Source of the DNA: Catajapyx aquilonaris
Taxonomy: Eukaryota
DNA length: 64,000 nt
Direction of reading: 5' to 3'
Assembly: GCA_000934665.2 (NCBI GenBank)
Contig: KZ538253.1
Span: 1-64,000 of the forward strand
Position numbers and translations under genes: made by a program
Notes under the pieces: generated by a model
What the model saw: the letters and a program-made list of their open reading frames with translations, nothing else
Databases searched by the model: none
Told to the model about the DNA's origin: nothing
In this document: piece by piece, positions 39,504-53,864 of the stretch
Position numbering within the stretch: the first letter of the stretch is position 1
Layout of the letters: each line of letters starts with the position of its first letter

Positions 39504-40570
39504 TAACTCGTACGATTACTTGCCTAGGTTTGTTAACGTTATTGGATTATTTATTTTTATCTGCTGACAATAGGCTAATTGTGTATCAAGAGTGCTGATA
39601 TTGAAATTCAATATTGAAATACCTATAGCTGCTAGGTCCTGCTGGCAGTGTAAAGGAAGGCTTTACCAAAACATAGGTACTGACAATCAAGTTGTTTATG
39701 CAGAAAGAACACTTGGAATAAAGCAAAAATTTATTTACATGACCATTGCTCCGCCAAAGTCACTTCTGCAATACGGCCAAAGTCACTTCTGCAATACGTA
39801 GTGTAAGTCGTGCAAAGTTACATTAGCATGTAGCCCGTGTCTGTCTTGAACTATTGCATGCAATGCCGTCATAACTAGATAGACATGCAATAATGTCAAT
39901 GACATGCTGTTAATCATTTTGTGCAGCCAGATGGACTACTATAAAAAGAAGTGACTGTGATGTCATCTTGTAGAATGTGATTGTTTCATGTTCCCTTTGC
40001 TGTAAGGAGGAAAAATGTGCGCTTTCGTCATATTTTGTCATTTATATTATGTCAGGACCGGCAAATGTCAAGGTAAAATATCGCTCTATGTTACATGCAC
40101 ATAGCACTTAATAAATTGCTCTGTGGCATGACCTGAGCATGTCACATGCTGGCCAGCACAATATGAAACACAACATCTTGCATAACTGATTTCTGCATAT
40201 TAGGTCAAGGGATCTAATGAGAAATTTAATGACTTCAAGCCCGCATGCTTTTAAAAGATTGATCTGTCTCTCCTTGGTCTCTAAGGAACTTAGATGCATG
40301 CTATTCTATGGAAAAGCATATATACCAGGAACAAAAGAGGCAACTTCCCACAAGTTTGTAGGGTATATTATGCATTACGATTAAAATTGTATGCGGCATC
40401 GGAATTGTAAGGCCCTTTATCATCAGGCTCGCAGTGTGAGTGGGAAAATGCGCACTAGTGACGCATATTCTACCCTTTCGGCAGGTATACGTTAAAGACG
40501 ATATATTGTGTCCGTCGTTAAAATGTCACGTGGACAATGGTTCAGGGACGACGATTTTTGTCGGACAGAA

Positions 40571-42129
40571 ATGGATATCCGCCCATTCGACATGGGGACT
40601 CGGACTTGGCTGCGAGACAAGTCACATCTGGACATCAAAAAGTCTGAACCTGGAAGGCACGTGCCACCTGTTTTTCAGGTAAGTTCGTTGTCTCAGCTCT
40701 TTACAAATAGGGCCTACACATTAAATATTGACATAAAATGGTGTTACATTAGCCAAAAAAATTGTTTCACAGGTGAGCCCATATCATCATGACCACTCTG
40801 AACCTGTGAACATTGAAAATCGCTCCGATGACTGCATCATGTCAGCATTGTCTCCCTTAATACGTCTGTCTGCCCTCTTGTGCATTTTCCCTATACAAAT
40901 CGACAAGAACAACAGATTGGTTCTGTGCTGGAAATCTGGAAGGACCTACATCTCCATTCTGTTGGTACTTGTGGCCATGTTACATGGTGGATTCCAGCTA
41001 TGGAATGCGGTCGACCAAGTTGGGTCCAATGCCCATACCTGGGACATTGCAGCAGTGTTGCCCTGGATACTTGGCGAATCATCGGTCTTGGCGTGCTGGA
41101 TGTTCAATGCTTTCAAGAACAGAGGCATCAATGAGATGTTGGATAAAATTTACGCTTATAACATAAGGAACCGCCAGAGAGCTAATATTCCCAGAAGCTT
41201 CCTTCGCGGCACATATGCTCTCTATGGGACTCTGACATTAATGGCCACTGTAGGATCAGCCTATAACTACTGGTACACTCCAACATACCATGTCTTCTGG
41301 CCCAGTCTTTTCCCGGGGAAGGAAAACCTGACGTTCATTCCAGGACTGGTTTTTTACGTGTGGCGATGCATAACTATGATGATCAGCTTTGGGATGCTGC
41401 AGATATCCATGGCTGTCACGGCTAAGAAAATCGACATGGAGTTCCAGGCGCTGAATCAGCGGATACGTGATCTTCTGGTGACATACTCCATGGACAGAGG
41501 TGCTCTTCCTCTTATCACAGCAGGACAACCTCAAAAGGTCGTGGACAAAACCGATACATTTTTCAGGTGAGTTGTAAAGTGTTGACATACGTAATTTTGT
41601 CTCATTGTCTGTTATTATGGAACAACCTGCATTATTTTACAGGAAGTACCAGTGTGACTGGTATGTTGACGACTTTTTGCTTGATGGTTTGAACCAGCAC
41701 CATCAGCTTCAAAAGGTGACCCACCACATGAGCCAGACCTTCGGCTACATCCTATTCTACACCCTGGGCATGTGCTTGTCCGTCATTACTCTCTTCTCGT
41801 ACATGGCTTACGTAACCGTCCGCAACTCCACCAGCTCGTGGCCACTCTTCTTATGCAACGCAGTCAACTTCATCGCACAGTTGACCTTCCTGGTGCCTGT
41901 CTTTCACAGCGTGCATAGCTCTGCCTCCGAGCTTGGAAACCTTTTCCAGGACGTGCTGGCCTCACTGCATCCAGTGACTCTCCTGAGGGTCACGTACTTC
42001 CTGCAGAACCTCCAGGTCAATCCTGTAGGAGTCTCGGCAGGAGGGTTCTTTATCATCACGCTCTCCACAATGCTCACCTTCGGGGCGACTGTTGTCACGT
42101 ACCTTATAGTCATGTTTCAGAGCTCATAA
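40571..42129 (+). CDS. Gustatory receptor GR-A5, about 462 aa; exons 40571-40678, 40773-41566, 41643-42129
   Basis: Intact in-frame paralog. Confidence 0.87.
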
Positions 42130-43716
42130 TTTAATAACTTATCTGACCTCAGCATAGCGCATAACAATCATTATTGGCCAGCATGACCTTTCATTGGACA
42201 CTGACTGTCCAATGAAAGGAAATGGAAATTCATGGATAAGCACAGGTATCACCACCTGGCGTTGCTTTTCCTTTGCTTCATGTAAAGGAAAAGCTCCGCC
42301 AGGCTGCGATATACTTGTGATTATCCATTAATTTCCACCACTGCACTCGTATAAGTTACAGCAATGTTTTTTTAGGAATGGCCAATAGCGACGTTTATTT
42401 TGGTCACTGATAAAAATTCGTATTATTCTCTTTCAAGATAATTTAAATATGTGTACAGCACTTTATTAAATATATTATTCAAATCCAATGGCGCTGCCCT
42501 TATACTGTACCGACAAGTAATCAGAAATTGATATAATATGAAGGAAGTTGATCACCTCTGCATTCGGCCACCTGCAGCAATAAAATTAATGAGAGACTTA
42601 TACCAATATACGGTAATATTCATGGTGTTTGCCAGTCATTGTTTAGTCGACGGACCAAAGCAACAATATGCATAAAATAGATCCGTGGCGAAATGTTTTT
42701 GTGCACTTCAAGTATTGTCTCCCGTTTGATGGACTCTCTGTACCTGTCATTTCTGGGCGTGGTCAATAACGCTCTTTTGTCATAGCCTTTCATTGTCCAA
42801 AAGCGTTTGCGTGTGTAGCGTACCTAACCTTCAGAAAAATGTCATTAAACAGAGCCATATAAAAAGGAAAGCAACTTATTGGAACATATTTCAATGTACT
42901 CTACTTGTGCCAAATATTTACTTAGGTACTGTCACAATCATGCATTGTCAATGACACCCCGGGTACCACATCATCAATAACCATCCTGATGCAATCATAT
43001 GTCCAGGTAATAATATTAAATATTTAGATCATTTACAGAATACTTTATCAGTTATTTAACTGAATCACACAAGTTTTATATGATTTCGTAAGCTTCTTAT
43101 GTGTATGTAGAGTTCTGTAATATAGTCACTACTGAAATTTTTGAAATCTGATTCAATTTTGAATGGAATTTTGAATTTAATGGGTTCATAAGGGCTGAGG
43201 AAGAAATAATGAACACAAAATTATCCGCGTCAATAACGTCGTGAGCAGCTGGTTTGCAAAAATTGCATATCAAACAAGTTTGATAAATTTCTACACTGTA
43301 TGGATTTTTCTAAAAAAAAAAAAAAATCACCAATGACCTGGAAGTTCATCCATTCATTTTTGAAATTCATCACCGTAATGTACACCCCTCTGGTAATAAA
43401 CCGTTTTGGTTGATTTACTGACATGGTACTTAGGTATAAGATGCCCATCGATCGCGACAATGCAATGCAATACTAAATATAGTGCAATAATATTCGTGAA
43501 AAATATTCTTGTCGTAAAATTCTTGTCGTCCTTCGTACTTTGAACCAATATCCGAGCATGCGTCACATCCTGAATTAATATTTAATTTTCATATCCACTT
43601 CGATTTCTGGCAAATAATTTGAAGGAACTCCAGGCTATGCAATCATGGATCGCGCACGTGCAGCTTGAGGCGGAGTCAATTGTCATTCCTGTGAGTAGCC
43701 CAGTTCTTCAGTAGAA

Positions 43717-45283
43717 ATGTTCACGTTCAGAAAACCGATTCATTCGTCCCAAACACTGATCCATGATCTGAAATGGGTCTTTCGCGTGGCCACATTGATG
43801 GGACTGTTTCCTTTCAAGATTGTAAACGGACAGTTTCAGTTCACGGTCAGGTCTATCCAGTGCGTGTGGACAGTTGTGACATTAGGGATCATCCTGGCCC
43901 ATTGGACTGTTCTCATATCGAGGTTCTCCCTGCTGGTGACCAGCAACCATCCGAATGTGATTGTGGAAGCAGTGTCCATCCTTCCTTGGCTGGCATCGGA
44001 CACTTTGTCGCTGTTCATGACCATAAGCTATTTCTGGAGCAGGACTGAAGTAGTGCGTTTCTTCAACGGGTTTTGGCCCGGAAACACTACCGAGAAGCCA
44101 AAATGTCACCGAAATTTTCTAAGGAACATTCAAGGTACGTACCTCAGCATGTACGTATTGTCAACTGCATCCATCAGTGCCAGCTACTACTACAATCCAT
44201 CAGGGAAGTCATACTGGACCAGCTTGTTTCCAAACAGACAAGACTTTTTCTACACAGGCCTGGCCTTCTACCTTTACAAGTGCACACAAATGATGGCCTC
44301 TTGGACCATGATGGAAATCCTGGTGACCACCATCACCAGGAGACTCAGCGAAGATTTCAGACAGCTAGACAACTGGCTAAAGCATAAGCTGGTCATGTTG
44401 CCTGAGCTCAATGGAGTGGACAACGCCAATGGACAAGTAAGCCCAAGACTGACTTTTACACTGCATTAGATTGTATATATGAATTTTTAGGGAGCACAAC
44501 CGAGGGCGCAACACAGTTCGCGCAAATTGTTTCCAGAGGGGTAACAATATTGCAGACTTTTGCGCTGTTTCAAAGGCTCTGGAACGTAACTTAAAGGCCC
44601 CTGAGAAGTAAAACGTGGCAACGTTGGAACAACCAACTTGCACGTGTGGTTGCGCACTAGGTTGCTCTCGTCAAAGATCATCTATGGTTTAAATGTTCGC
44701 TTTCACAGTGTCTGCCCCTAAGCCCCCTATAATGGTTCACGTTGCAAATGGCCATAAATAATTAAAATTCCAGACAGAAAAGCCCCATCACAACCGAGTT
44801 TACTTGGTTCGTAAGCAAAGAAGCAATCTGGACAAGATGATAGAAGAGTTGGTCCATCGCCACCAATCTTTGGCAGAGACTTCCCAGTCCTTCAACCATC
44901 TCGCCGGTCCATGGGTCCTCCTCCAGCAGGCCATCTACCTTCTGATGGTGTGCTCTTCCTTCTACGTGGCGGCCAAAAATGCGACCACTCCAACCGGACT
45001 ATTCTTCTTATTCGTCACTCTCAGCTACTCCTTCAGGAGCGTCATTTTGCTTCGGATTTATCACAACCTCTTTGGATATTCGCAGCTGGTTTGCGCCACT
45101 TTGGTGGCCAACATGGCCAAGATGGACCACTTCAGTTTGGTCAGAGTCAACTTCTTTGTGCAAAATGTGCGATCGGAACCTGTTGGGGTTTCGGCCGCAG
45201 GGTTTTTCACCATCACGCTCTCGACCCTGCTGACGTTTTGGGCAACTGTGGTCAACTACTTGGTGATTCTTTTCCAGAACTGA
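43717..45283 (+). CDS. Gustatory receptor GR-B1, 409 aa; exons 43717-44436, 44774-45283
   Basis: N-terminal LMGLFPF and C-terminal VSAAGFFTITLSTLLTFWATVVNYLVILFQN. One phase-0 GT-AG intron. Confidence 0.88.
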
Positions 45284-48081
45284 TGTGTGTGTTACGAAAA
45301 TAAAGTGGGTGAGTCTATTCATCAATTTCCTCGGGTACGAATAACCTCCGTAAAATACTGTCATGTAGAAAGCTCATTTTGTAGGTGGGTTTAATTTTTC
45401 ATGTCTCATACTATAGGTTTAGGTCAATGTTTCCCTGGAATACAGTTAACGTCATTGTTTTCGTATTGATTATTTTACACCGGAATTTATGCTTACTTTG
45501 TTACCCCCACGCGAAATGCCATGTTAGTTTCATATTTGATTCTTTATGCACCCCAGGGAGTTTTCATCCTGCATTTAATTTACGTATGCACGATTAGATC
45601 ATTTTCAATATTATATAGTCAACACCTGATGGGTATCATGAGAACCACCTGGATGTTCTGCTCAATGTTATTCAGATTAGCTTGTTGCGATATTAATTTT
45701 CTAACGATTAATCATGAGCAACTTTTATATGAATACCTTAAATTTCAGATTATCAAACCAATTATGTGGTCATTACACATAGCACAGGCAGTTATCACTG
45801 ATATCAATGGCACAATACTGACAGTGACACTGTGCTAATATTAAGGTCTTCCACAAATGTTTACTTTTTATAGGCATGACATTCAAATAATTTTTACCCT
45901 TCTTAAGTCACATGCAGAATGATACAAAGAAGGTACAATATTATGTGGATAGCTCCTGAAGAATATTGAGCAATCAATTATGTTGATTTGCTTATTGTCC
46001 CCCGAATAATCAGAGGAAAAATATTAAACTTGATAGACGATAGTTGCTAGATTGGTGAATAAATGAGGACAATGGATGGTCCTGCATCAACTTGTGAAGT
46101 TATAAATAACAACTGGTTACTATGTTTCTTGCTGCATGACAATCCAACATGCAATAATTATATGTAATTAGTAATACTGAAAGAGCAAGCGGAAGTAATA
46201 TGAGACCCTTTTCTCTTCTTCAGAGTAGGGTGTTGTACATTTAATATGATTTGATCCTCCCTGCAAGTGGATCCCAGAAAATGATTTGTCTTACATGGGA
46301 TCACCTTCATTGGTCAGTAATTATTTGCAATTTCGCTTGTTTTACTCCTGCTGTTTGCACTTTCATAATAGTTGCGGGTCTTTACAGAGTGTTTGAGAAA
46401 AAATTCACTGTAAGGTGATGGCGGGTGATGGGCATCAGTTTTTGAACAAAATTTTATGTGCGCATTTCTTGTGGATTATTTTGGGGAAGGGGAACTGCAA
46501 GAGAACTGCAAAGGAAAAAAATCAACCAACATTTTTGTCAATATTCCCCTTAGACTGCCGAACATCCACACGTTTTTGGATGATAATGTTACATGTACTT
46601 GGTTTTGCAGTGTCTGCAATATTTCTTTGTCAGGTTGGATCATCAGACTGGAAAATGTACTACTAAGATTACTACTTTTTAAACGAGCATAATGAATTGT
46701 TCCCAATAAGCAATAAATATTTTAAGCATGTCAGTTTTGCACTATAATGGCTGTGAAACATACTGTACCCAACATATGGCAATGAAAATGTGATTGGCAC
46801 ATGAAATTAATAAATAAAGGTATTGCATACGTATTATTACACCTTATGAGTCATATTTTGCAGTGACTTTTCCATACTGTACAATTTTATAATCACAAAG
46901 TACGCACATCTTAATAACATCCTCATGCTTTTTGGAAATAAAACAAGCAGTATATACAGTACTCAGAGTCAGAAGTATATTATCATAAATGTGCTTGGAT
47001 TTGAGCTCTTAAATATTTTAACAATACGGTAAGTTAACTACAAATAACTGGGCAAATAACTGGTACGATTATTTGCCTATAGGTGTATTGACTCCATTTG
47101 ACTATTTCTTTTTCTCTGATGACAATAATTGTGTATCGAGAGTGACATTGGAATTCAATATTGAAATACCTAGCTGCTCGGTCATGCTGGCAATGTAAAG
47201 GAAGGCTTGACCAAAACTGACAATCAAGTTGTTATCTTCAAAAAGAACACTTGGAATAAAGCAATAATTTATTTACATGACCATTTCTCCGCCAAAGTCA
47301 CTTCTGCAATACGTAGTGTAAGTCTTGCATAGTTACATTAGCACGTATCCTGTGTCTGCCATAAACTATTGCATGAATTGCAGTCATAACGTGATAGACC
47401 CATTGCAATAATGACATGCTGTTAATCATTTTGTGCAGCCAGATGGACTACTAAAAAGCAGTGACTGTGATGTCATCTTGTAGAATGTGATTGTTTCATG
47501 TGCCCTTTGCTTTAAGGAAGAAATACGTGCACTTTCATATTTTGTCATTTGTGTCCGGACCGGCAAATGTCAATGTAAAATATCGCTAGATGTTACATGC
47601 ACATAGCACTTAATAAATTGCTCTGTGGCATGACCTGAGCATGCCACATGCTGGCCAGCACAATATGAAACACATCTTGCATAATGGATTTCTGCACATT
47701 AGGTCAAGGGATCTAATTAGAAATTTGATGCTCGCATGCTTTTAAAAGATTGATCTGTCTCTCCTTGTTCTCTAAGGAGCTTGGATGCATGCTATGCTAT
47801 GGAAAAGCACATATGCCACTAATACCAGGAACAAAAGAGGCAACCCCCACCAGTATAGACTCTATTATACTGTACATTACGATTAAAATTGTATGCGGCG
47901 TCGGAATTGTAAAGCCATTTATTACCACGCTCGCAATGTGAGTGGGAAGATGTGCATTAGTGATGCATATGGATATTGAACATTTCGGCAGGTACATTAA
48001 AGAGCATGATATATTGTATCCGTCGTCGTTAAAATGTCACGCGGACAATGTATCAGAGGCTACGATTTTCATCGGGCACAA

Positions 48082-49613
48082 ATGGACATCCGCCAATTGG
48101 ACATGGGGACTCGGACGTGGCTGCGGGACAAGTCACATCTGGACATCAAAAAGTCTCAACCTGGAAGATATATACCACCTGTTTTTCACGTAAGTTCGTT
48201 GTCTCAGCAAATACATTCAAAAAATTGCCATAAAATGGTGTTACATTAGTCATAAAAATGGTTCACAGGTGAGCCCATATCATCATGACCAGTCTGAACC
48301 TGTGAACATTGGAAATCGCTCCGATGACTGCATCATGTCAGCATTGTCTCCCTTAATACGTCTGTCTGCCCTATTGTGCATTTTCCCCATACAAATCGAC
48401 AAGAACAACAGATTGGTTCTGTGCTGGAAATCTGGAAGGACCTACATCTCCATTCTGTTGGTGCTTGTGGCCATGTTCCATGATGGACTCCAGATATGGA
48501 CTGCGGTCAACCAGGTTAAGTCTAATGCCCACACCTGGGACATTGCAGCAGTGTTTCCCTGGATACTTGGCGAAACATCTGTCTTGGCATGCTGGATGTT
48601 CAATGCTTTTAAGAACAGAGGCATCAATGAGATGCTGGATAAAATATACACTTATAACACAAGGAACAGGCAGAGAGCTAATATTCCCAGAAGCTTCCTT
48701 CGCGGCACATATGCTTTATATATGACTCTGACATTAATGGCCACTGCAGGAGTAGCCTATAACTACTGGGACACTCCAACAAACCATGTCTTCTGGCCCA
48801 GTCTTTTCCCGGGGAAGGAAAACCTGACGTTCATTCCAGGACTGGTTTTTTACGTATGGAGATGCATAACTATGATGATCAGCTTTGGGATGCTGCAGAT
48901 ATCCATGGCTGTCGTGGCTAAGAAAATCGACATGGAGTTCCAGGCACTGAATCAGCGGATACGTGATCTTTTGGTGACATACTCCATGGACAGAGGTGCT
49001 CTTCCTCTTATCACAGCAGGACAACATCAAAAGATCGTGGACAAAACCGATATTTTTTTCAGGTACGTTGTAAAGTGTTGACAAAATTTTTTCTGTTATT
49101 ATGGAACAACCTGCATGATTTTACAGGAAGCACCAGTGTGACTGGTATGTTGACGACTTTTTGCTTGATGGTTTGAACCAGCACCATCAGCTTCAAGAGG
49201 TGACCCACCACATGAGCCAGACCTTCGGCTACATCATATTCTACACCCTGGGCCTGTGCTTGTCCTTCATTACTCTCTTCTTGTACGTGGCTTACGTAAC
49301 CGTCCGCAACTCCAGCAGCTCGTGGCCACTCTTCTTATTCAACGCAGTCAACTTCATCGCACAGTTGACCTTCCTTGTGCCTATCTTTCACAGCGTGCAT
49401 AGCTCTGCCTCCGAGCTTGGAAACCTTTTCCAGGACGTGCTGGCCTCACTGCATCCAGTGACTCTCCTGAGGGTCACGTACTTCCTGCAGAACCTCCAGG
49501 TCAATCCTGTAGGAGTCTCGGCAGGAGGGTTCTTTATCATCACGCTCTCCACAATGCTTACCTTCTGGGCGACTGTTGTCACGTACCTTATAGTCATGTT
49601 TCAGAGCTCATAA
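48082..49613 (+). CDS. Gustatory receptor GR-A6, about 462 aa; exons 48082-48189, 48269-49062, 49127-49613
   Basis: Intact in-frame paralog. Confidence 0.86.
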
Positions 49614-50269
49614 CTTAATAACTTATCTGACCTCAACTTTGCGCATAACAATCATTATTGACCACGACGACGAGCTTTTCCTATACACGAAGAAAAAGAA
49701 GACCTTGCGACACTTCTTGTGCATATCCATTAATTTCTTACCACTGTACTCGTAAAAGTTCCAGCAGTGTGTTTAGAGGAATGACGAAGTTGATTTTGGT
49801 CATGAAAATATGCTCTTCACTTCTGTAATAAATGAGTGTAATGTACTGTACACTACGGCACTTTCTCACATCGTTCAAATCAATGGCTCTGACCTTATAC
49901 CGACACGTAATCCGGAATTGATGATATAAATGAAGGCCACCACCTAACACTTAACCACCTGTAGCAATACATGAGAGAGTTACGCCAATAATAATTCATG
50001 GCATTTGCTAGACTTCTCCGGACCTACAGAAGCAACAATGTACTCATACATAAAATATAACTGTCGCGAAATGTTTTTGTGCACTTCAAGGATTGTCGTC
50101 CGTTTAATGGACTCCCTTAACCCCCTCCAGCTGTCATTTCTAGGCGTGCCCAATAACACTAACGCCCTATTGTCATAGGGGCTCCCTTGATTGTCCAAAA
50201 GCGTTGGCGTGTGCAGCGTACCTTATACTTTCATAAAAATGTCATTAAACAGAGCCATATAATGAGGAA

Positions 50270-50645
50270 GCTTTGACGATAGTTAGGATGTGTTGGCTGG
50301 GGCCAGGTACTATGGGGCTCAAATTGTTTTGGCCACTTTATCCTGGTCTTGAAGCAACCCTTCGCACAGGCCCCACGTTGAGCAGATGTGTGTGTGTGTG
50401 AAGGGTTGCTTCAAGACCAGGATAAAGTGGCCAAAACAATTTGAGCCCCCATAGTACTTCTCTACCAGTCCCCGGACACTTCCCCTACTATTTATCTTAT
50501 CGCTTGCCGGGGCGTTTTGCATGAGGAGCTCACCTGAGAGCGCCATGAGACCTTTCACGGAGCTATTATGTGACTCATAGTCTTCATAGCCTTCTTTACA
50601 AAGTGGGCAGAGGCGATCCCACTTCGCCGTAATATAGACGCCAAC
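50270..50645 (-). mobile_element. Probable 3' fragment of a LINE, with a ~58-bp-arm inverted repeat at 50307-50457
   Basis: The minus strand reads ..AKWDRLCPLCKEGYEDYESH.., resembling the C-terminal Cys/His motif of LINE ORF2. The segment is absent from paralogous spacers. Confidence 0.5.
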
Positions 50646-51181
50646 ATAATTATGAAATTAATAAATTGATGAATTGAATTACACCTTATAAGTTGTCTGC
50701 AAGTTATTAAATCGTCAGGGTGGAAGGAATTGATTGGGCAGTCACCACAAGTATGTCGGGAAATACAGCATTACAGGTAAGTAAGATAAGTCATATTTTG
50801 CAGTGGCTTTTTCACACTGTACAATTTTATAACCACCAAGTACGCACATCTTAATATCATGATGCTTTTTTGAAATAACACAAGACTCGCAATGAGCAGG
50901 TACAGTACTCAGAACTCAGAAGCATATAAATGTGCTTGGATTTGATCTATTAAAATATTTTAACAATACAGTAAGTTAACTATAAATAACTGGGTACATA
51001 ACTCGTACGATTATTGCCTAGGTTTGTTGACTCTATTGGACTATTTCTTTTTCTCTGCTGACAATAATTTATTGTGTATCAAGAGTGGTATTGGAATTCA
51101 GTATTGAAATACCTAGCTGCTAGGTCATGCAATGGGAATGTAAAGGAAGGCTTGACCAAAACTGACAATTAAGTTGTTATA

Positions 51182-51500
51182 CAGTGGAGCATCGGTTATC
51201 CGAACACCGGTCAACCGAATCATCGGTTAACGGAACGTTTTCGGGTCGCCAAAAATTGGCATCCCCCCCCTCAACTGTAGGACTACTTCAAGTAAGGACA
51301 GTAAGGTATATGTACAGTATTTTTAAGACGTGCCTGTGACAGAAAATATACAGTTTTGCGGTTAATATCATTGTTTCTTAGTTTCATATTGCTCAAATGA
51401 CACCGGTACAATTTCCTTCCGTAAATGATCCGTTATCCGAACAATCAGTTATCCGAACTCCCCCTGGGCAGACTCCGTTCGGATAATCGATGCTCCACGG
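51182..51500. mobile_element. Tc1/mariner/pogo-type MITE
   Basis: TIR CAGTGGAGCATCGGTTATCCGAAC / GTTCGGATAATCGATGCTCCACGG and TA TSD. The empty site GTTGTTATATTCAG is at ~16889. Confidence 0.88.
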
Positions 51501-52323
51501 TATTCAGCAGGAGCACTAGGAATAAAGCAATAATTTATTTACGTGACCATTGCTATACCTAGAAGTCACTTCTTCAATTGTAAGAGTTGCATAGTTACAT
51601 TAGTAAGTAGCTTGTGTCTGTCATGAATTTTTGCATGCAATACAGTCATTACGTGATAGACCCATTGCAATAATGACATGCTGTTAATCATTTTGTGCAG
51701 CCAGATGGACTACTAAAAAGAAGTGACTGTGATGTCATCTTGTAGAATGTCATTGTTTCATGTTCCCTTTGCTGTAAGGAGGAAAATGTGCACTTTCATA
51801 TTTTGTCATTTGTGTCCGGACCGGCAAAATATCGATATATATGTCACATTCACATAGTGCTAAATAAATTGCTCTGTGGCATGGCCTGAGCATGTCACAT
51901 GCTGGCCAGCACAATATGAAACACATGTTGCATAATGGATTTCTGCACATTAAGTCAAGGGATCTAATTAGAAATTTAATAACTTCAAGCCCGCATGCTT
52001 TTAAAAGATTGATCTGTCTCTCCTTGTTCTCTACGGAGCTCAGATGCATGCTATGCTATGGAAAAGCACATATACCAGGAACAAAAGAGGCATCTCTCCA
52101 CAAGTAGACTCTATTATACATTACGATTAATTGTATGCGGCGTCGGATTGTAAGGCCATTTAGTAGCCTACCAGGCTCGCAATGTGAGTGGGACGGGAAT
52201 ATGTGGACTAGTGACGCATATTCTACCCTTTCGGCAGGTATGCCTTAAAGACGATATATTGTGTCCGTCGTTAAAATGTCACGTGGACAATGTATCAGAG
52301 GCTACGATTTTCGTCGGACACAA

Positions 52324-53864
52324 ATGGACATCCGCCAATTCGACATGGGGATTCGGACGTGGCTGCGGGACAAGTCACATCTGGACATGAAAAAGTCTGA
52401 ACCAGGAAGACACGTGCCACCTGTTTTTCAGGTAAGTTCGTTGTCTCAGGTCTTTACAAATGCACTTTAAAAATTGAAATCAAATGATGCTACATTAGTC
52501 ACACAAATTGGTTTCACAGGGGAGCCCATATCATCATGACCAGTCAGAACCTGTGAACATTGGAAATCGCTCCGATGACTGCATCATGTCAGCATTGTCT
52601 CCCATAATACGTCTGTCTGCCCTCTTGTGCATTTTCCCCATACAAATCGACAAGAACAACAGACTGGTTCTGTGCTGGAAATCTGGAAGGACCTACATCT
52701 CCATTCTGTTCGTACTTGTGGCCGTGTTCCATGCTGGACTCCAGATATGGACTGCGGTCGACCAAGTTGGGTCCAATGCCCATACCTGGGACATTGCAGC
52801 TGTGATGCCCTGGATACTTGGCGAAACATCGGTCTTGGCATGCTGGATGTTCAATGCTTTTAAGAACAGAGGCATCAATGAGATGCTGGATAAAATATAC
52901 ACTTATAACACAAGGAACAGGCAGAGAGCTAATATTCCCATAAGATTCCTTCGCGGCACATATGCTCTCTATATGACTCTGACATCAATGGCCACTGCAG
53001 GAGTAGCCTATAACTACTGGAACACTCCAACAGCCCATGTCTTCTGGCCCAGTCTTTTCCCGGGGAAGGAATACCTGACGTTCATTCCAGGACTGGTTTT
53101 TTACGTGTGGCGATGCATAACTATGATGATCAGCTTTGGGATGCTGCAGATATCCATGGCTGTCGTGGCTAAGAAAATCGACATGGAGTTCCAGGCACTG
53201 AATCAGCGGATACGAGATCTTCTGGTGACATACTCCACGGACAGAGGTGCTCTTCCTCTTATCACAACCGGACAACCTCAAAAGATCGTGGACAGAACCG
53301 ATATTTTTTTCAAGTAAGTTGTAAAACGTTGACAAAATCTGGTCTGTCATTATGGAACTAGCTGTGTTATTTTACAGGACGTACCAGGGCGACTGGTATG
53401 TTGACGACTTTTTGCTCGATAGTTTGAACCAGCACCAACAGCTTCAAGAGGTGACCCACCACATGAGCCAGACCTTCGGCTACATCCTATTCTACACCTT
53501 GGGCATGTGCTTGGCCGTCATTACTCTTTTCGTGTACGTGGCTTACGTAGCCGTCCGCAACTCCACCAGCTCGTGGCCACGCTTCTTATTCAACGCAGTC
53601 AACTTCATCGCACAGTTGACCTTCCTGGTGCCTGTCTTTCACAGCGTCCATCGCTCTGCCTCCGAGCTTGGAAACCTTTTCCAGGACGTGCTGGCCTCAC
53701 TGCATCCAGTGACTCTCCTGAGGGTCACGTACTTCCTGCAGAACCTCCAGGTCAATCCTGTAGGAGTCTCGGCAGGAGGGTTCTTTATCATCACGCTCTC
53801 CACAATGCTCACCTTCTGGGCGACTGTTGTCACGTACCTTATAGTCATGTTTCAGAGCTCATAA
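52324..53864 (+). CDS. Gustatory receptor GR-A7, about 462 aa; exons 52324-52431, 52520-53313, 53378-53864
   Basis: Intact in-frame paralog. Confidence 0.86.

Noticed and set aside
43655..43680. CACGTG and GC-box-like motifs upstream of GR-B1/B2 and near the GR-A starts
   Set aside because: Short motifs conserved between recent duplicates are not evidence of function.
18912..53848. Recurrent antisense and alternative-frame ORFs over the GR genes (e.g. MTIRYVTTVAQK.., MSTLYNLLEK..)
   Set aside because: They recur only because the GR exons are duplicated. Their lengths vary between copies and nothing else supports coding.
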